A stretch of 64,000 bases of DNA from a virus. The stretch's first letter is position 1, and every line of letters starts with the position of its first letter. The position numbers and the translations under genes were made by a program. The notes beneath the pieces were generated by a model. It ran no database searches and was not told the DNA's origin. It saw only the letters and a program-made list of their open reading frames with translations. Shown in pieces: positions 45,401 through 54,896 of the stretch. The DNA is taken from the IMG/VR virus record IMGVR_UViG_3300029953_000001; one strand, written 5' to 3'.

Positions 45401-47286
45401 AGCACTACACTATCCCCACTCACATAGTGGGCACAGGTGTCTTCGGTTCCAAGAAATAGCTTGGGCTCCTTACCGCTGCGTACGGTATAACGTCCGCGAG
45501 GTTCCAGACCCTTCTTGAAGATGCCATTGATTCGGTCTGGTGTGGTGGCGTGATGCAACGTCGTGGGCTGCTTCAGCACTGCCGAGTCCACTCCATTTAT
45601 GTTCTCAATATCCAAGCCCTGCTCTTCTACAATAACCTTGAACAGGTGGGAGTATTCCTCGTTCTCGTAGTCCTTATACAGGTAGGCTTCCTTTGGCTCC
45701 AGCAAGGACATCTGACGAGGGTCGTGCTTGGCGACGAATAGCCGCTCTTCCTCCGTCTGTTTCTTCCATGGCTTCTTGAGGATTTGCTTCAGGCGTGCTT
45801 CTACATCCGGGTCGGCGGTCGCGGTGTGCATTTTCCCACTCTTGACCAACTTTAAACGCTCAGGTGGAATCGTCTGCCATACAACCCACCACGAGTCGCC
45901 CTCATACTCGGGGTTGTCCGCAATGTCTGTGGTCTCGTCAGGTTCTACATCATAACCCGTCAGGTCAGCTTCCCACACATCGGTGTACCTGCTCTCTTGG
46001 GTGAGCTTAGTGTGGAAAAATATACCATCGTGAGCGGCCAGTGCAAACTCAGTGGACAGACCATGCTTCATGATGCTCTCTCGGTTCATCACATCGGAAT
46101 CATGATAATAATGCACGTCAGTAGACGCAACGACCACGCTGGGTGCCTTGATGGGCTTCATGCTCATCTCTTCAGGAGTCAAAGCACGGTCTAGCTGGCA
46201 GAACACTGAGGGTCTAAAAGAGTCCATAGGTACCCAGCATTCAAAGCACACAAGCTTACCAGCCTTCAGTCCACGGTCTCGCCCAGCCTGATGCAAAGCA
46301 GTCTCAGCGTCGGTCGCGAGGTACGAGTCTTGACGCAGACCTTCCTTCTCAATGATGAGGGCAGTGGGTTTCGGAGTCGCATGATACAGTCGTGCCCGTC
46401 CTTGAGCGTCGGTGGGGAGACCACTTCGTTCCACCCAATTCTGGGTGCGTGCCAGACGGTCTTCGGGGGTGCGGTCTTGCCAGTAGACGAACTCTTCGCG
46501 TGCGGCGATAATGCTGTTCGTATCGCTGTATGTCCCTGAATTGCGTGTGGCCGACTTGATTTGCGTTGGGCTGAACACCACGAAGATGTCACTCTCCACC
46601 GGGCCATCGAACACACCCTTCGCAATGATGCCATCATGACCCCCCTTACGGGCAGCATCGAACTCCTGAGCACGGGGAACCACGTTAACGACTAAAGGGT
46701 TCTGAATCTTGAGGTAGGCGGCGGTGACGAATGTGTCCAGATTCAAGGAAGCGTTGTAGAGCCGTGCTTCCTTGGTGGCTTCTTCCTTAGCCATCTCATA
46801 GGTGGGGAACGGCCCCACATCAAAGATGTGCTCCGTCTCCCCGTCCTCGCTCTCAGCGACAGCGGCGACGGCAGCATAGTATTCGCCGGGGCGACCATAG
46901 GCTATTGGGTTGTCCTCGTCCGCTTCGAACTTGTCCTTGTAGTTGGCGAACCACGTTGCATTATCACGCTCAGACGTGAACCAGATAGCCCCATCCTTCG
47001 CCTTGCTGACGCAACCAGTTCCCTCACACTGGAGGTCGAAGCTGGTGAGCCATGGAGAACGGCTACCGTGATAAACGACGCGAGGAGTCCAGTCCTCGTT
47101 AACAACTTGGGACTTGCCGAACCACGATTTGAACGCGGGGGTCATCTGCACCGGGGGAACGGCACCCGGAGCTTGGAGTTCGTCGGCTGGCACAGCAGCG
47201 ACTACCGCTTTTGTTTCAGCGATTTCGGCTGCGGTCATGCTCCGAGTACCCTTGCAGGTTTGGGGGTCAAGCAGTTGATTCTTCAT
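42469..47286 (-). CDS. polyvalent protein (1605 aa): several ART-like H-motif domains + SprT-like Zn-peptidase + GNATs
   Basis: PAFKSWFGKSQVVNE...RVVYHGS; further H-motifs RLYHATPKP, LHHATTPDRINGIFKKGL and the C-terminal YYHATSSKRLNRIATQGL. Metallopeptidase: VVAHELCHHDW...GHGEEW. GNAT: YRRKGVAQKLYTVAKEW. Confidence 0.75.
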   Translation of the reverse strand: MKNQLLDPQTCKGTRSMTAAEIAETKAVVAAVPADELQAPGAVPPVQMTPAFKSWFGKSQVVNEDWTPRVVYHGSRSPWLTSFDLQCEGTGCVSKAKDGAIWFTSERDNATWFANYKDKFEADEDNPIAYGRPGEYYAAVAAVAESEDGETEHIFDVGPFPTYEMAKEEATKEARLYNASLNLDTFVTAAYLKIQNPLVVNVVPRAQEFDAARKGGHDGIIAKGVFDGPVESDIFVVFSPTQIKSATRNSGTYSDTNSIIAAREEFVYWQDRTPEDRLARTQNWVERSGLPTDAQGRARLYHATPKPTALIIEKEGLRQDSYLATDAETALHQAGRDRGLKAGKLVCFECWVPMDSFRPSVFCQLDRALTPEEMSMKPIKAPSVVVASTDVHYYHDSDVMNRESIMKHGLSTEFALAAHDGIFFHTKLTQESRYTDVWEADLTGYDVEPDETTDIADNPEYEGDSWWVVWQTIPPERLKLVKSGKMHTATADPDVEARLKQILKKPWKKQTEEERLFVAKHDPRQMSLLEPKEAYLYKDYENEEYSHLFKVIVEEQGLDIENINGVDSAVLKQPTTLHHATTPDRINGIFKKGLEPRGRYTVRSGKEPKLFLGTEDTCAHYVSGDSVVLAVTIPAGTRIYDNNFEPDEIYIKDKIPAAMIKKAAQEGTGFRKLWHGGRITGPIDIQAPTKGRYEAGPGLYLTTSYQRACKYAKGGGSTFLVTVKDNLNFADDVLIPLAEGIQFAMKRLGGKGKDIAADLRANCTRMNKDMFTASTLINLVVNYEAGAGAKGKALLQFLQDHNVDAASESPSMGFQNEQWVVVFNPKAVLKVEKVPASAVTSEMYNLPKIAKVADDEAKVMAIVKEYMKYIAPGLPLPVIQVVNTLKKRWLGRCEYTPLLDVNNTVIKIQKSIINDDNTLRRVVAHELCHHDWNLTYWKLLNPRTARLLQKAHSDFGHGEEWLKRAAVFNAEFGANFITPKSDESYVQDENTKQFYVLVTNMFRGNLTYATSVKLSPKQRNRAESQVNAGAGKLFLTTDDNYLKRGTPIGQGWAYPQGEEMKAQLQKLWDEGTPVAVPGAKAPKAPDPNKEFFVCLRDAHNMRYFAWSASMTPLQKAQLEKRMTDPWKVVKTNDTDFKTKKIGVGWDSAFLRWGDMAVKWQKLWDTAPVIMSGNLDVDQSWEHGRGKKGAFDINRVEVREDSYGSGTFCAYIGKRRIGYVTVFPSGLTDEEKERKETHVWKSYVKPMYRRKGVAQKLYTVAKEWCAGRGWRLMPTENCLSDEATAFWNKFDPETVKNNDLWWRSQYVGRQVELDGRTYNITSVVGKYPKLNFVGEDPQTNTTNWLKGSVVFPQLGEPEPNPNRDIQVPMSKEGSTDVPDIRLQPALEAIYQKFPANPENPKERVFFAQGKPALFFEVDEREGRLRLRGIRSVEPNSGVGSIVLKRIINIADQHGVTVELTASPYGEGDRISGDKLKDWYKSHGFEEEEGHDPALGYMVRKAAAMTRTYYHATSSKRLNRIATQGLLPSKEPQWGGDLGNTSIGKVFLADTPKDAMFYARILFGERVQNTGRSGIPLCLRIMLPPEIKVEVGNGEYWTTQPIPPQHI

Positions 47287-47313
47287 ACCTATCTCTGTAA
47301 TAGGGTTGGAAAG

Positions 47314-50300
47314 TTATTGAGTCGCGTCGAACTCCTGACGCAACTTCGCCATCAAGTTTTGATCATTCGTCACGTCTACTCGCGTGTAGCCACGGTCGTT
47401 GAAGTAGTCGATGAACTCCTGAGTCAGTATCGGCTCCGGGTGCTCCACGCCATCCACCGTGATTTTGTCTGGTGAGAATACAGCTAAGGTGTCAAACTCC
47501 CCCCTGGTCTCCACCATCCATACACCGTCGAATCCGGCTTTCCGAATATAACGAACAAGGGGTTCAATATAGTCATAACCTGCATCTTCAAGGTCATCAA
47601 TAACCTGTTCCCGAGACTTGAAATATCCTGTTACCGAGTCCAGTTTATCCCCCATGCTATCCAGTAGAATCTGCTGATGCTTCGGGTCACGTGGGTTGAA
47701 TACGTTGTCGCAATCCACTGTGCATTCGTATACGTGGGGTACAGGATTATCCAAAGCAAAGGACTCAGCCAATGATTTGTTCGGTGTGAAGAAAATCAAA
47801 CCATGGTCATTCCATTTCGATTCAAACTCCTTAATCGCATACCCGGTGCCGTGATACATACTAGGGTAAGCAGCGGCGGTCTTCATCTCCCCGACAATAC
47901 GAACCTGATTCGGTTTGAACAGGATGACATCGAACGTCCCGTCTGGGTCTGGCAGGACAACGCTATCGAAACCGTCACGCTTCAACTCTCCAATGGACTT
48001 ATTCTCGTACTCCGCCCAGCCAGCCGGGTTCTGTACGTTGATGTAGCAGCCAAGAATACACTTGCTGGAGTTCGCTCCGGCCTCTCCCTTTTCAATACTG
48101 GCTTTGTCGGATGCAACCCAGAACAATCCTTGGGCACCGTGACTCATATTCACGCGAGTGAAGGGCTCGCGGGTGCCATGGTACACCATCTGGGGCACCT
48201 TGGAGTCGGGGAACGGCTTCGCTGCCGCTTCCTTACCGAACGGGCGGTCAGGTTGAGCCCACAGTGACTTACCCGCTGGCGTCTGCTCGGTGGATGGGAT
48301 GACGGTGTATCCGGTCTGACGTTCTGCATAGACGTACATCGCTGTCGCCAGCCCCTGACGATGATAGGTTGCGGTGATGTCGAGGGACATGGGGTCAAGC
48401 TTCTTGTCCTCACGCTTGGCGAAAGTGACGTAGCCGAGGGGGGTTCCATCCTTCAATGCACGCACGGTGACCATCGGCGTACCAATGTACGACTTGCCGT
48501 GTTCAATCGTTAGCTGGAAATCCTTATACCGTCCATCAGGAGAAACGGCAACCGGGCCGGAGGCGGTCTTCTTTCGTAAATCTAGCTTATAGGGTGAGAC
48601 CATGGGGTATCGCTTGCTCAATTTCTCCCATGCTTTATAAGCATCGGGGGACATCCTCCAGTCTAGGTCGGAGATGAGGTACCTGCGCTTCTGCTTCCGG
48701 GATTCCACAATAAGACGGTCGTACAACATTTGACCTAGACCCGTGCCCTTCCATTCATCTCGGATGATGGCTTTCTTGACTCGCACGGAATCCCACTTGT
48801 CGGCATCGTCTGAACTCAGCCTTCCTGTAGAGTCATAAGCACTCGCCTCCAGAAACCCCGGTGGTGTAGCGTGGGGGTTAGCTTCAGGGTCTCGTGCGTT
48901 GATATCAATTGTAAAGTCCGTGGCTAGTACACTCCACTTTAACTTGGCGAGGTCAGCTTCGCGGTCATTGAATTTGGAGTAACCAAAGTCAGGGCTGGCG
49001 GTCTTCTCCTTGTATTTTTTGAAATCAGAAGGGAGCCACACGATTTTCCAGTGTCTCTCGTACTTGCCCGTCAACTCACACTTCGACTCACCCGGCTTCT
49101 CCACGTGATCGCACACAGTTTCAGCGACCGGTTTCTTGTCGAAGGTGAAGATGATCTTCTCTCCCTTGAGCACGCGAGGACGAGTGCGGAACGCCCAAAA
49201 CTCCCACTGCCCCTCAGGAACCGGCGACCAGAAGTGGTCACGTGCCGACTTAGGCACTTCGATGTAGAAAGCGTAAGGGCCGGTGTAGTTAGCGGCGGCG
49301 GTCTTCACCGGGTCTGTACCTTCCAACTTAATCTGCGATGTATCCCATACCATGTAATGCTTGGTGCCGGGATTGAACTTCAATCCACGACGACGGAACA
49401 CCGAACTCGGTGTCATGATGATGCCGTCAAAGCCCAGAGCACGATACACGTCAGCTACGAACTGTCCGGGCTTACTGATGTTTAACCCCCATACTTCCAG
49501 ACGCTTTGCACCTTCCTCGAACTCCAGTGCGGAGAACGTGGTCTTCTGAATCACGCTGTTGATGAGCACGTCGTATATCTGCTCGACCCATTTCACCTGA
49601 TGCTTCGTCGCGACTGACTCAAGAGCTTGCTTGAACGTCTCGTCCGCTGTGAACGTTGTGCCGCCGCGACTGACCTTCACCGGCTTGTTCAACTCGATGC
49701 GGACACGCTTGATGCTGGGCTCGTTGCCTACAATCTCTTTCTTGGCTTCAGCAAAAGCATCGGCCAGAGCTTCCTTGTACTCCTCGGAAACCTCTCCCTC
49801 TTCTCCATCATGGTCATACTTCATCATCGCAAGGTCGTCTTTGTCATACCATTCATTGAGAATCTTGTCGCGAAGAATCTCAAGGCGACCAGCGAGGTCG
49901 TCGTTGTCCGGGTTGGCATACTGCTTAGCCTCGGTGTAGTCACTGGTGAAGAAGAACGCCTTGCCGTACCAACTGGACTCAGACGCATGTTCGAGCGAGA
50001 ACGCTTCGAACCCCTGTGTCGTCCCATGGAACACATCGGAAATCTGTGCCGCCGACTTCATCGGCGAGGGAATCCAGAAGTCCACCTTCTGCTCGTTGGG
50101 GACTACTCCCTTGCGGAAGTGCAGGATTTCAGACCAGCCTTGGTGATAGGTCTTGCCATCTTGAGGCTCAGCAGCCTCTTCCGGCGACACGTTCGACTGG
50201 CCGAAATGCGTCCACCCAAGTTCTGTGAATGCCTGAATGATACTGTCCCTCGCCACTGCTTGCGTAGTAAGTAAGTCGATGTCATGGAAAGACTCTCCAC

Positions 50301-53300
50301 GTTGTTCGACGCCCCCCACCAGCTTGGTGGAGATGCCCTTGCTTTGCAAATCGCCAATCAACGCCTGAGCGTCTTCCTGTGTGTGCAGGGTAGAGGTCTT
50401 GTTCCACTCGGCATCGCGTAGCTCAATAAACCGCTTGATTTGGTCAGGCCCGACCGGATAGGCGTCGATAATCTGAGACGCGGGGATAGGACTCATGGTC
50501 TTTATCCACTGTCCACGATTACCCCCCTGAGACATCGGGTCGTTATAATCCACTTCCCACTCTTCCTCACCCGGCTTGAAGCGGACGATGGAAATCTTGC
50601 CGCTGCCGGTCTTCTTGTTCAACTCCCAGTCCATACGACCAGCCCAACGGAGAGCATCGAACTCCTCAGTCATGGCGTAGACTTCTCCCTCACCATAACG
50701 CGCACCGCTCTCAGCGACAGCCCAGTTGGATGGCTTGAACCGTTGCAGACCGTTCTTCTTTATCTTAGCCACGTTGGTGGTCTTGGTAACGTGATACAGC
50801 ACTTCGTTGTATCCTTCGCCGGAGGCGGTCATCGCAAGGTCAGGGTACTCACGGTCGAGAAACTCCCTCTGCCAGTGATTGAACTGGTCACGAAGGTGCT
50901 GCTCTTCCGAGATGCCCGACCGCTGCCTGTCCATCTTCTCCGCAAGCTCAGGGTAAAGCTCACGCATGGCAATTTCAGTCTCATCCCGAGTCGGCTTGCG
51001 GTCGGCGACCTTTTCACGCTCCATGATGTCCAACGCAGCCGCGAGGTTTTCCTTGTAGCTGTCAGAGATAACCTTGCACGCAGGGCATGAACCGTTGTAG
51101 GACTCCAAGTCCTCAAAGCGAACACGGTTGCAGTTCTTCTCGTGGGTCATTGCCGCCATCTTGTTCAGGGGCTCCACGCTACGCTCCATTACAGGGAGAC
51201 CCTGTTCGGTGGTTGTGACTACATTGAACCCCAACCGCTCATACCAAGTCTGGAGGTCGAATCCCTCAACCTGTTCACCATCCACCGTTGCCAGCAGGAT
51301 AATGGAGTTCGCTCCATGGGCACGTGCAGCGTCAATGAACTGAGCGACGAGTTGCTTACCCAAGCCCGTACCCCGCTTATCGAGGTCAACACCGACTGAG
51401 CCTAAGGATGCCCAAGGCTCTGCTTCAGACAGCATCATTTCAAGTTCTTCCGGGTCTTCCATCTGAACAGCTTCAGCCCAGCTACGCAGTTCGTCGTAAT
51501 CGTCAAGGATGCGTCCACGCACATAGCCGCCATCAACCTTGATGTCTATCTGGTCGTAGGATGCCAGCTTGGCCGTCTTTACCAACGGTATAAACTTGGA
51601 GTCCCCGGTCACCCCGCCCAATTCTACTGGATACTCCTTAGCCAAGCGATTCCAGATGATAGCGGCGTCCTGCGTCTGAGGGATTCCCTGATATAGTTTG
51701 ACGGCTCCCTTCTTCTGTGCCAGCTTGATGGCTTCCTTGTACAGGAGCAGACCGATGCCACGTTCTCTGAACTCAGCCAGTACCTCGACACCACTAACAA
51801 AGAAGGCTACCTCTTCATCCTTCTGATTGCGAACATGATACGGAGAGAGATTGATGAAGCCTATTCTCTCATCTCCAAGATACGCATCATCGAGGTAGGC
51901 ACTGATGAGAAACCCATAACGAGGGGAACCTGCCACTCTGAAGGTGATGCCTTCTGGTGTGGGGTATTTGGCCGCTGTCTTAGTGTCTGTGGACGCATCG
52001 AATGTATCCACGCGAAGGATGGCGTCAACCGGGATGCCCACACCATACTCAGTGCTGTAGTTGTGAGAGCCGAAGTTTTCGAAAAGCTCAGGGCACTTGC
52101 TGCGGTCAACAACTACCACAGCGTACTGGTCAGTCGGCTTTATATCAACCCGGTTGTTTGTGCTCCGCATCATCACACGAGCAAAATCACGGGCCACACT
52201 TGGGCTAGTGGAGAGATGCACAGTATCGTCGCTCCCCGGCGTGATACCCTGCTGCTCGATGAGACGGGCGTTGTCCACGGAGGTTCCGTGGTAAAGCAAC
52301 TGGGCTGAAGCCAGCTTGAACGTCTGAGCGGCAGTGACATCCTCACCGTTCATCCAGTTATACCAAGCGTCCTCACTCGCGTGGAGAAGGTTGGTGATGT
52401 CCACCACAGGAATCGTCTTGCGACCCACGCGGTGATACGCTTCCAAACGGTGGGCACCGTCAAGGAACTTTCCATCCGCCATGAGGATGGGGTCGAATTC
52501 AAAGCTGGGGTCTTGCTGAAGCATCGCGATGTACTTGGTAACGGCTGCTTCACTCACGGCCCTGTCCATTGTGGCATAAAGAGGCTCAACTGGAACGGAG
52601 CCAGCCTTCACCTTCGGCTCATCCGCGATACCGAAAAGGTTGTTGAATACGTCGGTCTCATCGTATCCCGCACGTTGCAGGAATTCCACGCGGTCGTAGA
52701 CCATATAGGCGATGTCGCCCTGTGTATCGCGAGGCAAGCTGTCGATACCTACGGGTTTGAGGCCAGCAGCGGTCAATGACTTGCGGTACCGCTTGCCTGT
52801 GTCGTAGTCATCTTCATACTTCTCATGAGTTACAGTCGGGTCGGTCTTGATACGCTTCTTCCAGATAGCCTTGGCTCCCGGCTTCAACGCATGGTCGGAG
52901 TACACCGCTTCGAAGCCTTCCTTCTTGGCATACTCGAAGAGATGGCGGTATAGTTCCGAACCAATTCCTTGGCGACGGTAATCCTTGTCCACGGTGATGA
53001 ATCCAATTTCAAGGGCCGAAGGGTCGTTCCAATCTATCTTGGCTGAAACCTGTCCAACCAACTTCAAATCGTGGTAAGCTTCGATGCGATACGAACCCTT
53101 AGCGTTCATCTCCTTATAGCGAGTCTTTGCCGCTGCGGTCTTTGGCTGCACCACACGAATCTGGTCAGGGTGGAACGCTATCCACGCTTCATTCCGGTAC
53201 TGGGCTCCATCGTATCCTTGAGCCTCAAGCTCCGCAGCAATCTCCTTGAAGTTGGGAACACTCGGACTGATGTGCATCGCGTGGAGGTCAGCCGGGTTGT

Positions 53301-54771
53301 TGATGGTCAGGATGGCCTCAATGATGTGACCATTCGGTAGACCCGCGATGATGTCCTCAGCATAGGACTTCTTGACAGTGAACATCGCAGGAGTGTCGAA
53401 CAGGTCGAAGTCGTGCGTCGTGCCATGGTAGGCACGCACGGTCTTAGCCGACGCTTCCTTAGCGTCGATTAGTATCTCGTCTGCAACCGAAGCTGTGATA
53501 CGCTTGTCGCTGGGGTCGTATGTACCCGCGTTGCCAACAGCACTCTTCACCTGATTCGGGCTGAATGCAACCCAGTCATCACGGTCAGCGTTGCCATCCG
53601 ACATGCTGTTGCGAATCACAAGACCATCATGACCCTCCGCTTCAAGATGCTTGCGGAAGTCTTGCCACGAGGGGTAAGAGCGACGGTCGTCCTGAAAGTG
53701 TTCGTACTCTTCAAACTCTGCGGGGTTCTTGATAGACAGCCAGACCGGCTTCACGTGGGCACCGGGCTTGTACTCGTCCCAGTTCTTACCCTGAGTGAAG
53801 CTCTCCGCTACGAACTCCGCATTGCCTTCGTCGTAGTTACCCTGATGCAGGGACTCGGTGGTGAACCATGAGCCCATGGCTCCGCCCCAGTCTGGGTTCT
53901 TGCCATCGGGCTTCGGGGTTGTATCGAACTCATCGAAGTCCTTGGTCGTACCGTGATAGGCACGCAGGGGGTTGCCCTTGGCGTCAACGACCTTCGAGCC
54001 GTTAAACCATGCCTTGAACGCGGGAGTGTTTGGAACCTGATAGGTGAACTCTTTCACAGGCTCAGGTGGGGGGTTGGCTGCTCTGTAAGCACGCCACAAC
54101 TCATTCAGTTCAGTTTCAAGCTCAGCGTTCTCCTGAACAAGGTTGGCAGCTTCCTCCAGCTTCGCCCGGTTATTGAGGTCTTTGAATCCCTCCCGGATAA
54201 TCTTCTGGTTGTCCTGCATCTTCTGAAGGATGACTTCCTGCTGCTCGGTGATGTTCGCATTCTTAGAAGCACACAACGGCTGAACGCTGTGCGGATTTTC
54301 CACAGGCTCGAAGAACCCAACTGGGCCATCAGAGTTTGCTTCTTGGTCGTGGGGTGTGGCGGTCTTATCGTCGGACGAAATCTTCCAGTCCGAACCGTAG
54401 TCCAGACGAATCACGATAGCAGGGATGGTCTTGAAGCCCATCTGCTCTGCCGCCGCAACGCGGTGGTGCCCATCCGACAGCTTGAAGGTCTTGCCATCGG
54501 TCGTGGTGACCAAAACAGCTTCAATCCACTTCTCACGGAGACCCTGTTTCATCTCCTCGACACGTTCGTTCTTGGTGTCCCGGCTGGACTGGGTGTGCTG
54601 AAGACGGTTGATGGGCACGTTTTCATCGGTTACAGAGCAGTCAGCCTTGTAACGGAACTCGTGTAGAATCTGCTTCTCACCGGATTTGTCGTACCCAATG
54701 GAGTACCCCTCGTATTCACCTTCACCGGGGCGGTCTTCAAATTGTTGGGTGCGCGTAGAAAGTTCTGCCAT
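47314..54771 (-). CDS. giant polyvalent protein (2485 aa): 2 ParB-like nucleases, at least 7 ART-PolyVal-like H-motifs, at least 5 GNAT modules, Pol-beta-type nucleotidyltransferase module
   Basis: ParB modules: DGHHRVAAAEQMGFKTIPAIV and FLDGAHRLEAYHRVGRKTIP. H-motifs: PAFKAWFNGSKVVDAKGNPLRAYHGT, RAYHGTTHDF, LLYHGTSVDN, VLYHVTKTTN, VFHGTTQGF, MVYHGTREPF and SMYHGTGYAI. GNATs: YRRQGIGSELYRHL, FRERGIGLLLYKEA, KRGTGLGKQLVAQF, WKGTGLGQMLYDRL and HRQGLATAMYVYA. NTase: LVGGVEQRGESFHDIDLL. Confidence 0.8.
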   Translation of the reverse strand: MAELSTRTQQFEDRPGEGEYEGYSIGYDKSGEKQILHEFRYKADCSVTDENVPINRLQHTQSSRDTKNERVEEMKQGLREKWIEAVLVTTTDGKTFKLSDGHHRVAAAEQMGFKTIPAIVIRLDYGSDWKISSDDKTATPHDQEANSDGPVGFFEPVENPHSVQPLCASKNANITEQQEVILQKMQDNQKIIREGFKDLNNRAKLEEAANLVQENAELETELNELWRAYRAANPPPEPVKEFTYQVPNTPAFKAWFNGSKVVDAKGNPLRAYHGTTKDFDEFDTTPKPDGKNPDWGGAMGSWFTTESLHQGNYDEGNAEFVAESFTQGKNWDEYKPGAHVKPVWLSIKNPAEFEEYEHFQDDRRSYPSWQDFRKHLEAEGHDGLVIRNSMSDGNADRDDWVAFSPNQVKSAVGNAGTYDPSDKRITASVADEILIDAKEASAKTVRAYHGTTHDFDLFDTPAMFTVKKSYAEDIIAGLPNGHIIEAILTINNPADLHAMHISPSVPNFKEIAAELEAQGYDGAQYRNEAWIAFHPDQIRVVQPKTAAAKTRYKEMNAKGSYRIEAYHDLKLVGQVSAKIDWNDPSALEIGFITVDKDYRRQGIGSELYRHLFEYAKKEGFEAVYSDHALKPGAKAIWKKRIKTDPTVTHEKYEDDYDTGKRYRKSLTAAGLKPVGIDSLPRDTQGDIAYMVYDRVEFLQRAGYDETDVFNNLFGIADEPKVKAGSVPVEPLYATMDRAVSEAAVTKYIAMLQQDPSFEFDPILMADGKFLDGAHRLEAYHRVGRKTIPVVDITNLLHASEDAWYNWMNGEDVTAAQTFKLASAQLLYHGTSVDNARLIEQQGITPGSDDTVHLSTSPSVARDFARVMMRSTNNRVDIKPTDQYAVVVVDRSKCPELFENFGSHNYSTEYGVGIPVDAILRVDTFDASTDTKTAAKYPTPEGITFRVAGSPRYGFLISAYLDDAYLGDERIGFINLSPYHVRNQKDEEVAFFVSGVEVLAEFRERGIGLLLYKEAIKLAQKKGAVKLYQGIPQTQDAAIIWNRLAKEYPVELGGVTGDSKFIPLVKTAKLASYDQIDIKVDGGYVRGRILDDYDELRSWAEAVQMEDPEELEMMLSEAEPWASLGSVGVDLDKRGTGLGKQLVAQFIDAARAHGANSIILLATVDGEQVEGFDLQTWYERLGFNVVTTTEQGLPVMERSVEPLNKMAAMTHEKNCNRVRFEDLESYNGSCPACKVISDSYKENLAAALDIMEREKVADRKPTRDETEIAMRELYPELAEKMDRQRSGISEEQHLRDQFNHWQREFLDREYPDLAMTASGEGYNEVLYHVTKTTNVAKIKKNGLQRFKPSNWAVAESGARYGEGEVYAMTEEFDALRWAGRMDWELNKKTGSGKISIVRFKPGEEEWEVDYNDPMSQGGNRGQWIKTMSPIPASQIIDAYPVGPDQIKRFIELRDAEWNKTSTLHTQEDAQALIGDLQSKGISTKLVGGVEQRGESFHDIDLLTTQAVARDSIIQAFTELGWTHFGQSNVSPEEAAEPQDGKTYHQGWSEILHFRKGVVPNEQKVDFWIPSPMKSAAQISDVFHGTTQGFEAFSLEHASESSWYGKAFFFTSDYTEAKQYANPDNDDLAGRLEILRDKILNEWYDKDDLAMMKYDHDGEEGEVSEEYKEALADAFAEAKKEIVGNEPSIKRVRIELNKPVKVSRGGTTFTADETFKQALESVATKHQVKWVEQIYDVLINSVIQKTTFSALEFEEGAKRLEVWGLNISKPGQFVADVYRALGFDGIIMTPSSVFRRRGLKFNPGTKHYMVWDTSQIKLEGTDPVKTAAANYTGPYAFYIEVPKSARDHFWSPVPEGQWEFWAFRTRPRVLKGEKIIFTFDKKPVAETVCDHVEKPGESKCELTGKYERHWKIVWLPSDFKKYKEKTASPDFGYSKFNDREADLAKLKWSVLATDFTIDINARDPEANPHATPPGFLEASAYDSTGRLSSDDADKWDSVRVKKAIIRDEWKGTGLGQMLYDRLIVESRKQKRRYLISDLDWRMSPDAYKAWEKLSKRYPMVSPYKLDLRKKTASGPVAVSPDGRYKDFQLTIEHGKSYIGTPMVTVRALKDGTPLGYVTFAKREDKKLDPMSLDITATYHRQGLATAMYVYAERQTGYTVIPSTEQTPAGKSLWAQPDRPFGKEAAAKPFPDSKVPQMVYHGTREPFTRVNMSHGAQGLFWVASDKASIEKGEAGANSSKCILGCYINVQNPAGWAEYENKSIGELKRDGFDSVVLPDPDGTFDVILFKPNQVRIVGEMKTAAAYPSMYHGTGYAIKEFESKWNDHGLIFFTPNKSLAESFALDNPVPHVYECTVDCDNVFNPRDPKHQQILLDSMGDKLDSVTGYFKSREQVIDDLEDAGYDYIEPLVRYIRKAGFDGVWMVETRGEFDTLAVFSPDKITVDGVEHPEPILTQEFIDYFNDRGYTRVDVTNDQNLMAKLRQEFDATQ

Positions 54772-54896
54772 ATTAATCCCTAATAATCAACTCGGTAGGT
54801 CAGTTTTGTGGAGTGACTTCCACGAAGTCCGGCCCGAGTTCAAGTTGTTCCTGAACCACCGGAATCTCCTTGGGCTTCGGTTGGGCCTTCTGGCTG

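Noticed and set aside
47314-54771. Treating the five giant ORFs as one fused mega-gene or as pseudogene fragments.
   Set aside because: Each has its own plausible start. Gaps between them are short, or there are 8-nt overlaps typical of translational coupling. There are no in-frame stops or frameshift signatures suggesting degradation.
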